A DNA stretch of 64,000 bases, taken from positions 18,553-82,552 of the forward strand of contig JAYVUK010000007.1 of the NCBI GenBank assembly GCA_043787975.1, given 5' to 3'. Below the pieces are notes generated by a model. The model was not told where the DNA came from, made no database searches, and was given only the letters and a program-made list of their open reading frames with translations. The stretch comes from Bacteroidota bacterium. Its GTDB lineage: Bacteria > Bacteroidota > Bacteroidia > AKYH767-A > 2013-40CM-41-45. The translations under genes and the position numbers were made by a program. Positions 35,550-45,579 of the stretch are shown here, piece after piece (positions within the stretch are counted from its first letter, which is position 1; every line of letters starts with the position of its first letter).

Positions 35550-38240
35550 ATGACTTCATCCGAAATACGAAAAATTTTTCTTGATTTTTTTAAAAACAAA
35601 GAACACCAGATTGTTTCGTCTGCACCAATGGTTATCAAGAATGATCCGACATTGATGTTTACCAATGCGGGAATGAATCAGTTCAAAGATATTTTTCTCG
35701 GCAATCAACCTGCAAAATATAAACGTGTTGCTGATACACAAAAGTGTTTGCGGGTTTCAGGAAAGCACAACGATCTCGAAGAAGTTGGTATTGACACCTA
35801 TCACCACACGATGTTCGAGATGCTTGGCAACTGGAGCTTCGGAGATTATTTTAAGAAGGAAGCGATTGCGTGGGCATGGGAATTACTGACTGATGTTTAC
35901 AAACTTCCGAAAGACCGTTTGTACGTAACCGTTTTTGAAGGTGATGCAAAAGAGAAATTAGATTTCGACCAGGATGCTTATGATTTCTGGAAGAGGCACA
36001 TTGCAGAAGACCGGATTCTGAAAGGAAATAAAAAGGACAATTTCTGGGAGATGGGTGAGCAAGGTCCGTGTGGTCCGTGTTCAGAAATTCATGTGGATTT
36101 ACGAAGTGATGCTGAACGCAAAAAAGTGGATGGCAAAAGTTTAGTGAATGCAAGTCACCCGCAGGTGATTGAAATCTGGAACAACGTGTTCATGGAATTC
36201 AATCGCAAAGCAGATGGTTCGCTGGAGCCCCTTCCTGCAAAACATGTGGATACGGGAATGGGCTTCGAACGTTTGTGTATGGCGTTGCAAGGCAAGACAT
36301 CGAATTATGATACGGATGTTTTTCAGCCGATGATACAATACATTTCTACACGTGCAGGAATAAAATACGGGGCGAATGAAAAGACAGACATTGCGATGCG
36401 CGTCATGTCTGATCACATTCGTGCGATTACCTGCGCGATTGCTGACGGACAACTTCCTTCCAATAACAAAGCTGGTTATGTGATACGGAGAATTCTTCGC
36501 AGAGCTGTTCGCTATGGATTTACTTTTTTGAATTTCAAAGAACCATTTCTAAATAATCTTGTTCCGATTCTTGCCGAGCAATTTAAAGATGTGTTTCCTG
36601 AAATAAAAGCGCAGCAGGATTTTATCATCCGTGTAATCATGGAAGAAGAAAATTCATTTTTACGAACGCTCGAAACAGGAATTAAAAAGTTTGAAGAAAA
36701 TAAATCAAAAAATATTTCGGGTGAATTTGCTTTCGAACTCTATGACACATTCGGTTTCCCGATTGACCTTACGCAACTCATGGCTCGTGAAAAAGGAGTG
36801 GATGTGGACATGGATGGATTTACTAAATGTCTTACTAAGCAAAAAGAACGGTCGCGTGCAGCAGCTGTTGTAGATACGGAGGACTGGATTGTTTTGAAAG
36901 AAGAAGAAACATCCTTTGTCGGCTATGATGAACTGGAATGTGATTGTGAAATTACTAAGTACCGAAAAGTAAAAGCGAAAGGCAAAGAACAATTTCAATT
37001 GGTTCTTTCGCAAACTCCTTTCTATGCTGAAAGTGGTGGACAGGTTGGCGATACAGGTTTTTTAGAAGACGCAGGAGACAGTAGTAGTAAGCAGTCTGAG
37101 AAAACATTCATCACAGATACACAGAAGGAAAATAATCTCATCATTCATTTTGCGGATAAATTACCAAAAGAGTTATCAGCAACTTTTCACGCCGCTGTAA
37201 ACAAAGAGAGAAGAAGAATAATTACGAGCAATCACTCGGCAACGCATCTCATGCATTCTGCTTTGAAAAAAGTTTTGGGAACACATGTGAATCAGAAAGG
37301 TTCATTGGTGAATGATGAAGTGACGCGTTTCGACTTTTCACATTTTGCAAAAGTGACGGATGAAGAATTGGAAAAGATTGAACATCTCGTGAATGAAAAA
37401 GTGCGTGAGAATATTGCACTTGACGAACGGAGAAATGTTCCTATCAAAGAAGCACAGGAAATGGGAGCTACTGCATTGTTCGGTGAAAAGTACGGTGACT
37501 TTGTCCGTGTAATTACTTTCGATCCTAACTATTCACGCGAGTTGTGTGGAGGGACACATGTGAAATCTACAGGGCAAATTCAAAAATTCAAAATCATCTC
37601 TGAAAGTTCCGTTGCTGCAGGAGTACGAAGGGTTGAAGCAATTACAGGAGAGTTGGTTGGCAAATACAATGAAGAGCAAAACAAAAAATTTGCAGCCGCT
37701 GCAAATGCCTTGAAAGAAAAAATCGAATCGTTAAAAACCACGGTTGTCAATCTGTCTTCAAGAATTACAGACAGACCAGCCGGCGATTTGCAGAACGAAT
37801 TACTTGCAACAGAAGCGTTGCAGCCACAAGAAGCGGCTCTGCAAAAGCTTATCGAGAAACTCACAAATGAAATTGGTCAGCGGGTTAAAGTTGATTTGCT
37901 GAAGAAAGTAAAGACTGTGAATGGAGTCAACCTGATCGCTGAGAAAATTGATTTACCTTCTGCTGATGCAATCAAAAACATTTCCTTCGAATTGAAAAAT
38001 CAATTGGAGAATCTTTTCTTTCTTGCGGGAGCTGAAATTGACGGCAAAGCACTTCTCTCATTGATCATCAGTGATAATCTAGTGGCTGAAAAAAAATTAG
38101 ATGCAACTAAGATTATCCGTGAACTTGCAAAAGAAATCCAGGGTGGTGGTGGTGGACAAGCATTTTATGCGACAGCCGGAGGTAAGAATCCACAAGGTTT
38201 GCAGGCTGCGATTGATAAAGCGGCTGCTTTGGTTCTTTGA
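35550..38240 (+). CDS. alaS: Alanine--tRNA ligase
   Basis: It is 896 aa with class II AlaRS motifs, including the editing-domain HxxxH (SNHSATHLMH) and a C-terminal DHHA1-like GGGG. Confidence 0.95.
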   Translation: MTSSEIRKIFLDFFKNKEHQIVSSAPMVIKNDPTLMFTNAGMNQFKDIFLGNQPAKYKRVADTQKCLRVSGKHNDLEEVGIDTYHHTMFEMLGNWSFGDYFKKEAIAWAWELLTDVYKLPKDRLYVTVFEGDAKEKLDFDQDAYDFWKRHIAEDRILKGNKKDNFWEMGEQGPCGPCSEIHVDLRSDAERKKVDGKSLVNASHPQVIEIWNNVFMEFNRKADGSLEPLPAKHVDTGMGFERLCMALQGKTSNYDTDVFQPMIQYISTRAGIKYGANEKTDIAMRVMSDHIRAITCAIADGQLPSNNKAGYVIRRILRRAVRYGFTFLNFKEPFLNNLVPILAEQFKDVFPEIKAQQDFIIRVIMEEENSFLRTLETGIKKFEENKSKNISGEFAFELYDTFGFPIDLTQLMAREKGVDVDMDGFTKCLTKQKERSRAAAVVDTEDWIVLKEEETSFVGYDELECDCEITKYRKVKAKGKEQFQLVLSQTPFYAESGGQVGDTGFLEDAGDSSSKQSEKTFITDTQKENNLIIHFADKLPKELSATFHAAVNKERRRIITSNHSATHLMHSALKKVLGTHVNQKGSLVNDEVTRFDFSHFAKVTDEELEKIEHLVNEKVRENIALDERRNVPIKEAQEMGATALFGEKYGDFVRVITFDPNYSRELCGGTHVKSTGQIQKFKIISESSVAAGVRRVEAITGELVGKYNEEQNKKFAAAANALKEKIESLKTTVVNLSSRITDRPAGDLQNELLATEALQPQEAALQKLIEKLTNEIGQRVKVDLLKKVKTVNGVNLIAEKIDLPSADAIKNISFELKNQLENLFFLAGAEIDGKALLSLIISDNLVAEKKLDATKIIRELAKEIQGGGGGQAFYATAGGKNPQGLQAAIDKAAALVL

Positions 38241-38321
38241 GGAATCAGGATTCGGGAGACAAGAATCAAGAATCAAGATAAGAATCTAACAACTTAACTT
38301 TGAACTAAGAATAATAAATTC

Positions 38322-38777
38322 ATGAGAAAAAATCTCTTGCAATCGGAAGTGAAAGAAGAAATCATTTCACGCATCAATAAATTAAGTGTTCAGTCAAAAA
38401 ATGAATGGGGAAAAATGAACGTGAACCAGATGCTTTATCATACTGCAGCAGGATTAAAGATTGCTTATGGTGAAATCAAAACTGCCTCAAAAGGAAACTG
38501 GCTGACCAAACAAATGATGCGCTTCTTTATTTTAAAAACGGATATGCCGACACCGAAAGAAAAAGCGGAAACGTTTGCAGAAATAAATACAGTTACTTTG
38601 GGAATCAATCCTGCCGATTTTACTGCTGAACGTAACACATTGATTGATCTCGTAAAAAATTTCCCTAAGAAAGAACTTCACCCAACAAGTTCGTTGCTTG
38701 GTAAAATGTCAAAAGAAAATTGGGCGCGACTGCATTACACACATTTGGATCATCACCTGAAACAGTTTGGAGTCTGA
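38322..38777 (+). CDS. DUF1569-family protein
   Basis: It is 151 aa and the ...WGKMNVNQMLYH...HLDHHLKQFG pattern resembles DUF1569. Confidence 0.55.
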   Translation: MRKNLLQSEVKEEIISRINKLSVQSKNEWGKMNVNQMLYHTAAGLKIAYGEIKTASKGNWLTKQMMRFFILKTDMPTPKEKAETFAEINTVTLGINPADFTAERNTLIDLVKNFPKKELHPTSSLLGKMSKENWARLHYTHLDHHLKQFGV

Positions 38778-38835
38778 CGCTTCGACTTCGCTCAGCGTGA
38801 AATCAACGGATGTCATGTTGAGCGAAGTCGAAACA

Positions 38836-39951
38836 TTAATGTTCAACCATGACCTTACTCATACTCTCGATGAAATCATCGAACAAGTAAGACGCGTCAT
38901 GCGGACCGGGAGCTGCTTCAGGATGATACTGAACAGAAAAAGCTACTTTATCTTTCACACGTATTCCTTCCAACGTTCCATCATTTAAGTTGACATGTGT
39001 GATTTCAACTTTGTCGGATTTTTTTACTTCCTCTTCGTTCACAGAAAAACCGTGATTCTGAGAAGTGATTTCGCATTTTCCAGTGATCAGATTCTTTACA
39101 GGATGATTCATTCCGCGATGTCCGTGATGCATTTTGTACGTTCCGATATCACACGCTTCAGCCAGCAATTGCTGACCGAGACAAATACCAAACAACGGAA
39201 TGTTATCATTCAGAATTTCCTTCACTGTCTTCACAACTTCAGGCATGGCAGCAGGATCGCCGGGACCGTTACTTAACAACACACCATCAGGATTCCATTT
39301 TTTCAATTCACGAAAGGAAGTGCTTGCCGGAAATACCTGGACATAACAATCGCGTTTATTGAGATTGCGGATAATATTTTTCTTCACTCCGAAATCCATC
39401 ACAGCAACTTTGTATTGAGCATTTGGATTACCAACAAAGTATGCTTGCTTTGTTGTCACTTTCGATGAAAGCTCCAACCCTTCCATAGAAGGTACTTTCG
39501 ACAGTTCTATTTTCAGTTTTTCAACATCCAATATCTCCGAAGAGACAATGGCATTCATAGCACCTTTGCTGCGAATGTGACGAACCAAAGCTCGAGTATC
39601 CACATCGCTGATGGCAACAATATTCTGAGATTTAAAATATTCTTCGATAGACGAAATCGCCGACTTACGTGAATACCCTTCGTTGAAAGAGCGGCAAATT
39701 AATCCGGAAATTTTAATCGAATCACTTTCCGTTTCCTCCACATGAATTCCATAGTTACCAATGTGAACATGCGTTGCAACCAGCAACTGTCCGAAATACG
39801 AAGGATCAGTAAAAATTTCCTGATAGCCTGACATACCGGTATTGAAACAGATTTCACCGGTTGTAGTACCTATTGCTCCGGCAGCATGGCCGTGAAAAAC
39901 GGTTCCGTCCTGTAATAAAAGTATGGCTGGCTTTTTTGGAGAGTATTTCAT
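38836..39951 (-). CDS. carA: Carbamoyl-phosphate synthase small (glutamine amidotransferase) subunit
   Basis: It has the GATase catalytic triad context GICLGQQLL and a CPSase small-chain N-terminus. Confidence 0.9.
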   Translation of the reverse strand: MKYSPKKPAILLLQDGTVFHGHAAGAIGTTTGEICFNTGMSGYQEIFTDPSYFGQLLVATHVHIGNYGIHVEETESDSIKISGLICRSFNEGYSRKSAISSIEEYFKSQNIVAISDVDTRALVRHIRSKGAMNAIVSSEILDVEKLKIELSKVPSMEGLELSSKVTTKQAYFVGNPNAQYKVAVMDFGVKKNIIRNLNKRDCYVQVFPASTSFRELKKWNPDGVLLSNGPGDPAAMPEVVKTVKEILNDNIPLFGICLGQQLLAEACDIGTYKMHHGHRGMNHPVKNLITGKCEITSQNHGFSVNEEEVKKSDKVEITHVNLNDGTLEGIRVKDKVAFSVQYHPEAAPGPHDASYLFDDFIESMSKVMVEH

Positions 39952-40026
39952 GGAATTATTGATGGCGAATTTAAGAAAATTTATTTGTTAAGTATTAAGA
40001 ACCTGTTTAATATTATTGAAGAAAAA

Positions 40027-40088
40027 AGCCGCAGATTCGCAGATGAAAAAGGATTATTTCCATTTTAATAATCTGCGAATCTGCGGCT
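40027..40088. repeat. Palindromic element copy 1: 18-bp perfect inverted repeat AGCCGCAGATTCGCAGAT with a 26-nt loop
   Basis: The arms lie at 40027-40044 and 40071-40088. An identical arm sequence recurs at 43336-43393. Confidence 0.75.
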
Positions 40089-40159
40089 AATTTTTGAAAT
40101 ATAAATGAGGAAACTAAAACTGAATCCCTTACTTTTACGCAGGAAATTTTTCCGACCCT

Positions 40160-42490
40160 TTGATGAATCCCAATTATCTTTCTGATTTAAATGATGCTCA
40201 AAAGCAGGCTGTGCTTCAGTCTGACGGGCCTGTGATGATTATTGCCGGAGCCGGTTCAGGAAAAACACGCGTGCTTACGTATCGTATTGCTCACCTGCTT
40301 CAGAATAATGTGGATGCATTCAATATCCTTGCTCTCACGTTCACAAATAAGGCAGCAAAGTCGATGCGTGAGCGTATTGAAAAACTCACCGGCAGTGAAG
40401 CGCGTAATTTATGGATGGGAACTTTTCACGCTGTGTTTGCCAAGATCCTTCGCATTGAAGCGGAGAAATTAGGGTATCCTTCCAACTTTGCAATCTATGA
40501 TACGGACGATACGAAAAGTTTGATGCGCGACATTCTCCGCGAACAAAACCTGGATGACAAAGTCTACAAACCAGATATTGTACTGAATCGCATTTCGGCT
40601 GCAAAAAATAATTTGTATTCATGGGCTGAATACCAGGCGAACACTGATTTTCTGAATGACGACATCACCAGCGGAAAACCTAAGTTGGGAAAGCTTTTCG
40701 AATTGTATTCTAAACGCTGCTTCAAGGCATCGGGAATGGATTTCGATGATCTGCTTTATAACATGTACGTGCTTCTCAGCAAGCACCCGGAAACATTGCA
40801 CAAGTACCAGCACAAGTTCAAATACATTTTGGTGGACGAGTTCCAGGATACGAACTATGCACAATACATGATCCTCAAAAAACTGGCTGCTGCGTATGAA
40901 AACATTTGTGTCGTAGGCGATGATGCACAATCCATCTACGCTTTCCGCGGAGCGAACATTCAGAATATTTTAAATTTCGAAAAAGATTATCCTGATCTGA
41001 AAGTTTTCAAGCTCGAACAGAATTACAGGTCCACAAAAAATATTGTGAGTGCTGCCAACAGCATCATCGTTCACAATAAAAATCAACTGAAGAAAGATGT
41101 GTGGACGCATAACGATCATGGTGAGAAAATTCAGTTGATGCGTGCGCTGAGTGACAACGAAGAAGGAAACATGGTCGCCAACTCCATCTTCGAAACAAAA
41201 CTGAACAGGCAATGGCACAATAAAAATTTCGCCATCCTATATCGTACAAATGCACAATCGCGTGCGATGGAAGAAGCGCTGAGAAAAAAGAACATCGGTT
41301 ACCGGATTTACGGCGGCCTGTCTTTTTATAAGCGAAAAGAAATTAAAGATATCATTGCTTATTTCCGGTTGACAATCAATCCTCATGATGAGGAAGCATT
41401 GAAACGTGTGATCAATGTTCCGGCACGAGGAATTGGTAAAACGACCATTGAGAAACTGACTATAACGGCTGCAGAACACGACAAAAGCATTTGGGATATC
41501 ATTGAAGATTCTTCTCAGAATCACGCAGGTTTCAACAGCGGAACGCAAACTCGTATCAGTGAATTTGTGACGATGATCAAAAGTTTCGCTGTGAAACTGA
41601 ATAAAGATAACGCGTATGATCTCGCCAGTCACATCGCAACCTCAACAGGATTGTTGCGTGAATTGTATTCAGACAAAACACCGGAAGGGTTGAGCCGTTA
41701 CGAAAACGTACAGGAATTGTTGAACGGTGTAAAGGAATTTACTGACACAGGACGAAGTATCACACCAAAAGGTGATGAAGATTATTTTGATGAGACAAAA
41801 GAATTCCGCACACTTGATATGTTCATGCAGGACATTGCCTTACTCACCGATGCTGACGATGAAAATAAAGATGACAACGATACGGTTTCGCTGATGACGA
41901 TTCATGCAGCGAAAGGATTGGAGTTTCCTGCCGTGTATGTTGTCGGGCTGGAAGAGAATCTTTTTCCTTCTCAACTCTCCATGAACTCACGTGAAGACCT
42001 CGAAGAAGAACGAAGACTATTTTATGTAGCCGTTACACGCGCTGCATCGAAACTTTCCATCTCGTACGCTGTGAGTCGTTATCGTTGGGGAAACCTGATC
42101 AACTGTGAGCCAAGCCGTTTCTTAGACGAGATCGCTCCGGAATTTATTGAAGAAACCACATTCCGGAAAAATAAAAACAGTGATTTTGTTTTTGATGAGA
42201 AGCCGTTGGAGCGATGGAATTCAAAGCCTCTTTCAACAAAACAATCACCGGCATTCAAAGCTCCGGCTCACCTTAAGAAAATCAATTCGTCCGAAGTTCA
42301 GAATTTTGCCGGTGATGATACGAGTGAAATACAAACCGGTATGGAAGTGGAACATCAACGTTTCGGAGTTGGGAAAGTATTGCTCGTTGAAGGCAAGTTC
42401 CCTGATCTGAAAGCAACCATTTTCTTCCAGGGAATCGGCCAGAAACAGTTGCTGCTGAAGTTCGCGAGGTTGAAGATTATCTCAACATAG
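40160..42490 (+). CDS. pcrA: ATP-dependent DNA helicase of the UvrD/PcrA/Rep family
   Basis: It has Walker A GAGSGKTRV and UvrD helicase motifs (DEFQDTN, VGDDAQSIY, LEQNYRS). Length is 776 aa. Confidence 0.9.
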   Translation: MMNPNYLSDLNDAQKQAVLQSDGPVMIIAGAGSGKTRVLTYRIAHLLQNNVDAFNILALTFTNKAAKSMRERIEKLTGSEARNLWMGTFHAVFAKILRIEAEKLGYPSNFAIYDTDDTKSLMRDILREQNLDDKVYKPDIVLNRISAAKNNLYSWAEYQANTDFLNDDITSGKPKLGKLFELYSKRCFKASGMDFDDLLYNMYVLLSKHPETLHKYQHKFKYILVDEFQDTNYAQYMILKKLAAAYENICVVGDDAQSIYAFRGANIQNILNFEKDYPDLKVFKLEQNYRSTKNIVSAANSIIVHNKNQLKKDVWTHNDHGEKIQLMRALSDNEEGNMVANSIFETKLNRQWHNKNFAILYRTNAQSRAMEEALRKKNIGYRIYGGLSFYKRKEIKDIIAYFRLTINPHDEEALKRVINVPARGIGKTTIEKLTITAAEHDKSIWDIIEDSSQNHAGFNSGTQTRISEFVTMIKSFAVKLNKDNAYDLASHIATSTGLLRELYSDKTPEGLSRYENVQELLNGVKEFTDTGRSITPKGDEDYFDETKEFRTLDMFMQDIALLTDADDENKDDNDTVSLMTIHAAKGLEFPAVYVVGLEENLFPSQLSMNSREDLEEERRLFYVAVTRAASKLSISYAVSRYRWGNLINCEPSRFLDEIAPEFIEETTFRKNKNSDFVFDEKPLERWNSKPLSTKQSPAFKAPAHLKKINSSEVQNFAGDDTSEIQTGMEVEHQRFGVGKVLLVEGKFPDLKATIFFQGIGQKQLLLKFARLKIIST

Positions 42491-42559
42491 AAGTTGGAAG
42501 TTAGAGATTGGAAAAATGAGTCCAATACTCCAGGTTCTAACCTCTAACTTCCAACTTCT
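42489..42559. terminator. Nested palindrome immediately after pcrA
   Basis: The arm AGAAGTTGGAAGTTAGAG (42489-42506) is perfectly complementary to 42542-42559, with an inner ATTGGA/TCCAAT hairpin. It is built from the CCAACTTC word family also seen at 6860-6925. Confidence 0.6.
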
Positions 42560-42622
42560 ATCTTCATAACTCTCATTCTTCCAAATTTCCCTATCTTCGG
42601 CTAAATTTTTTCCAGCACATAT

Positions 42623-43291
42623 ATGACTAAGAAAATTCCAAGACCTGAAATAATGGAGTACAATTCAGGCCGCAACCACATGGTAATCCCTGAATATGGG
42701 CGCAACATCCAAAAGATGATTGAGCACGTTGTAACCATTGAAGACCGCGAAGAAAGAAATCGCGCTGCACGAGCCATTGTGGCTGTAATGGGTTATCTAA
42801 ACCCTCAATACAATAACATTATTGATTTCAAACATAAACTGTGGGATCATCTTTTTATCATTTCCAATTTCAAACTGGATGTGGATTCGCCCTACCCTAT
42901 TCCTCCGAAAGAAACATTAAAAGTAAAACCGCAAAAGATTGCTTACCCTGCGACAAAAATCCGTTATAAGTACTATGGCAAAACGATTGAGCAACTGATT
43001 AAGAAAATCGGGGAAATGGAAGACGGGCCGAACAAGGACCAGGTCACTCAGAACCTCGCCAATTTTATGAAGATGTCGTACCTTACCTGGAACAAAGATA
43101 CCGTAGATGATTCTACTATCATTGACCATCTCGAAGAACTGTCGGAAGGAAAAGTAAAACTGCAGGAAACTGTTCGCCTCAATCACACTGCGGAAATCCT
43201 TGCTATGACTGCTGTAAAAAGGACAGCAGCACATACCAGTTCAAGAAACTCAGGAGGAAAAGGAAGACAGCAGAAGAGAAGAAAAAAATAA
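42623..43291 (+). CDS. DUF4290-family protein
   Basis: MEYNSGRNHMVIPEYGRNIQKMIEH matches the DUF4290 N-terminus. The start may instead be at 42653. Confidence 0.65.
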   Translation: MTKKIPRPEIMEYNSGRNHMVIPEYGRNIQKMIEHVVTIEDREERNRAARAIVAVMGYLNPQYNNIIDFKHKLWDHLFIISNFKLDVDSPYPIPPKETLKVKPQKIAYPATKIRYKYYGKTIEQLIKKIGEMEDGPNKDQVTQNLANFMKMSYLTWNKDTVDDSTIIDHLEELSEGKVKLQETVRLNHTAEILAMTAVKRTAAHTSSRNSGGKGRQQKRRKK

Positions 43292-43335
43292 TTCGAAATT
43301 TCTGGAAGGAATTAATTTTCATGGCAAAAGATGAT

Positions 43336-43393
43336 AGCCGCAGATTCGCAGATTTTATTTTTTTTCCTAAAAAAAATCTGCGAATCTGCGGCT
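43336..43393. repeat. Palindromic element copy 2: the same 18-bp inverted repeat with a 22-nt T-rich loop
   Basis: The arms lie at 43336-43353 and 43376-43393, identical to copy 1. It sits between convergent genes and is followed by a T-run. Confidence 0.75.
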
Positions 43394-43423
43394 TACTTTT
43401 TTTTGACAATCTTTATTATGATA

Positions 43424-44275
43424 TCAAACCTTTTTGACCTGTACTTCATTCAGATCGGCTAGTAAGCTTTTTGAAAAGATGTTGAAATACCGTTTCTGCC
43501 TGAGAGCACCGACCCATCGTATTCCACCAATAACATTCGCAAGAAAGACCTCATCTGCTTTCATCACATGATCAACAGTTAACGTGGTCTCGTGAATTTT
43601 TTTTCCGCGTTCCCTCAATAACTCCATGAGTTGTTCGCGCATCACTCCTGCCACACAGCCATCTGTTAAAGAAGGTGTGTAGACTTCATCTTTTGAAACC
43701 AGGAAAATGTTTGCCGTAATTGCTTCGATGATTTTACCATCCGTATTAACGAGTATGCAATCATCCAGTCCTTGCTGCATCTTATAAATTCCTGCCATGA
43801 CATACACCAAAGCATTCGATGATTTAATGCTTGAAAATTTATTTTTTGATTTCGCGATGTCTGTGAATACTTCTATTCTCAGCGGGTTTTCATTTAACTG
43901 GTATTCCTTTTCTTCCAACGGTTCTGCCTCTATCATAAATGAAACTTCATTGGTTTCCGGAGCATAGCCACCGCCTTCATTCCGAAAAACTTCCAACCGG
44001 ATGCGCCCATTTCCTTTTAGTTCATTCAACTGATCAAGGTGACGAATGAGGAGATGCAGGTTGTGGAAATTAAAATCATCGCGCCATTTCATACCGAGCA
44101 GATCCATGCTTCTTCTTAAGCGATTGAGGTGCTTTTCAAAAAAAAGAATCTCACCATGCATCAGGCGGATCGTTTCAAACACGGCATCACCATAACGAAA
44201 CGCACGGTTGTTCGACATCAGCACTGGCTGATCAGCAGGAAGAATGTTACCGTTGTAGTTAACGAAAGTGTTCAT
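43424..44275 (-). CDS. Class IV aminotransferase, aminodeoxychorismate lyase (PabC)-like
   Basis: It has the fold-type IV PLP pattern (...RAFRYGDAVFETIR...). The branched-chain versus PabC assignment is ambiguous. Confidence 0.7.
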   Translation of the reverse strand: MNTFVNYNGNILPADQPVLMSNNRAFRYGDAVFETIRLMHGEILFFEKHLNRLRRSMDLLGMKWRDDFNFHNLHLLIRHLDQLNELKGNGRIRLEVFRNEGGGYAPETNEVSFMIEAEPLEEKEYQLNENPLRIEVFTDIAKSKNKFSSIKSSNALVYVMAGIYKMQQGLDDCILVNTDGKIIEAITANIFLVSKDEVYTPSLTDGCVAGVMREQLMELLRERGKKIHETTLTVDHVMKADEVFLANVIGGIRWVGALRQKRYFNIFSKSLLADLNEVQVKKV

Positions 44276-44334
44276 TGGAAAATTCTACTGCAAAATTACG
44301 AGAATGAGTTACTGAAAGATTGTTTTGAAAAAAT

Positions 44335-44817
44335 TTAATCAACAAGATGAATAACATTCATCAAAGAACTGTTCGGATCAATTTTTATTGTCTTCACACC
44401 GGCTTTTTTTCCGGCTTCCACATCTCGATCGGCATCCCCGATAAAATAAGATAATGATGCGTCAATGCTAAAACGAGCGATTGCCTTTTCCAGCAGTTGT
44501 GAATCAGGCTTGCGGCAAATGCACTTTCCAATATCAGGATGATGCGGACAGTAGTAGATTTCGGCAAGTTCGATTCTGTGATTTTTCAATGCACGAACCA
44601 AATGCAGATGGAGGTATTCAACTTCTTCCTTTTTATAAAGACCTTTTGCAATTCCTCCCTGGTTGGTGATGACAATGAGATGATATTTTTTCTCCCGGAA
44701 TATTTTCAGTGCTTCAATCAACCCATCATTCAATTTAAAATCTTCAAGAAGCCATGTATAGTCACCTCGTTCAACATTGATGACTCCGTCACGATCAAGA
44801 AAAATTGCTTTGTTCAT
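44335..44817 (-). CDS. gmhB: HAD-IIIA phosphatase, D,D-heptose 1,7-bisphosphate phosphatase (GmhB)-like
   Basis: It has the FLDRDGVIN motif I and ITNQ motif. Its start overlaps the stop of the upstream rhomboid gene by one nucleotide. Confidence 0.7.
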   Translation of the reverse strand: MNKAIFLDRDGVINVERGDYTWLLEDFKLNDGLIEALKIFREKKYHLIVITNQGGIAKGLYKKEEVEYLHLHLVRALKNHRIELAEIYYCPHHPDIGKCICRKPDSQLLEKAIARFSIDASLSYFIGDADRDVEAGKKAGVKTIKIDPNSSLMNVIHLVD

Positions 44818-45434
44818 CAGATGGAATGCCGGAAATAAATAAGTTGCTGGAAGAATAAAACAATCAACGATGGTTTCAGAATGATTGTTAAAAAGAAACC
44901 GTACAAGGCTCCCCAGAAATGAGCGTCATGATTCACATTGTCACGACCACGCTTGGAAGCGTAAACACAATATACCAGGTAACCAACTCCGAAAATTATT
45001 GCGGGCAATGGAATGATACCAAACACATAAAGCTTTTCCAGCGGATTCAATAAAATGAAAGCAAACACCACCGATGAAACGGCTCCTGATGCGCCCAGTG
45101 CATTATAACCCGGATCATCCTTATGCTTGCCATACGTTGGAAGTACAGACATCATCATACCTCCGATGTATAAAAGCAAAAAGTAACTGGTTGACTTCTC
45201 TTCAAATATTTCACGAAAGTAGGATTCAACATAACTTCCAAAAAAATAAAGGACGTACATGTTTACCAACAGATGCATCCAGTCGGCATGAATCAATGCG
45301 CTGCTGATAAAACGATACCATTGCCTGTCGGTATGAATCAGGTACGGATTGAAAATCATCCTGCTTCTCATTTCGTTTGACTGAAATGCTAAAAAAGAAA
45401 TGACACAGGTAATAATCAGGAGGTAGATAGTCAC
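44817..45434 (-). CDS. Rhomboid-family intramembrane serine protease
   Basis: It is polytopic, with the catalytic Ser in GASGAVSSVV and a His in a TM helix (HLLVNMYVLYFFG region). Confidence 0.8.
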   Translation of the reverse strand: MTIYLLIITCVISFLAFQSNEMRSRMIFNPYLIHTDRQWYRFISSALIHADWMHLLVNMYVLYFFGSYVESYFREIFEEKSTSYFLLLYIGGMMMSVLPTYGKHKDDPGYNALGASGAVSSVVFAFILLNPLEKLYVFGIIPLPAIIFGVGYLVYCVYASKRGRDNVNHDAHFWGALYGFFLTIILKPSLIVLFFQQLIYFRHSI

Positions 45435-45579
45435 TGCTTCGAATTACGAATATGTACGAATGTACGAATCGTTACGAATGCAAAATCTTATTTTAATACG
45501 ATCTTATCAAAGAAAAATACCCAAACTTAATCGGAGAATTTGTAATTAGTAGATTCGTAAACATTCGTAATTAGTACCC

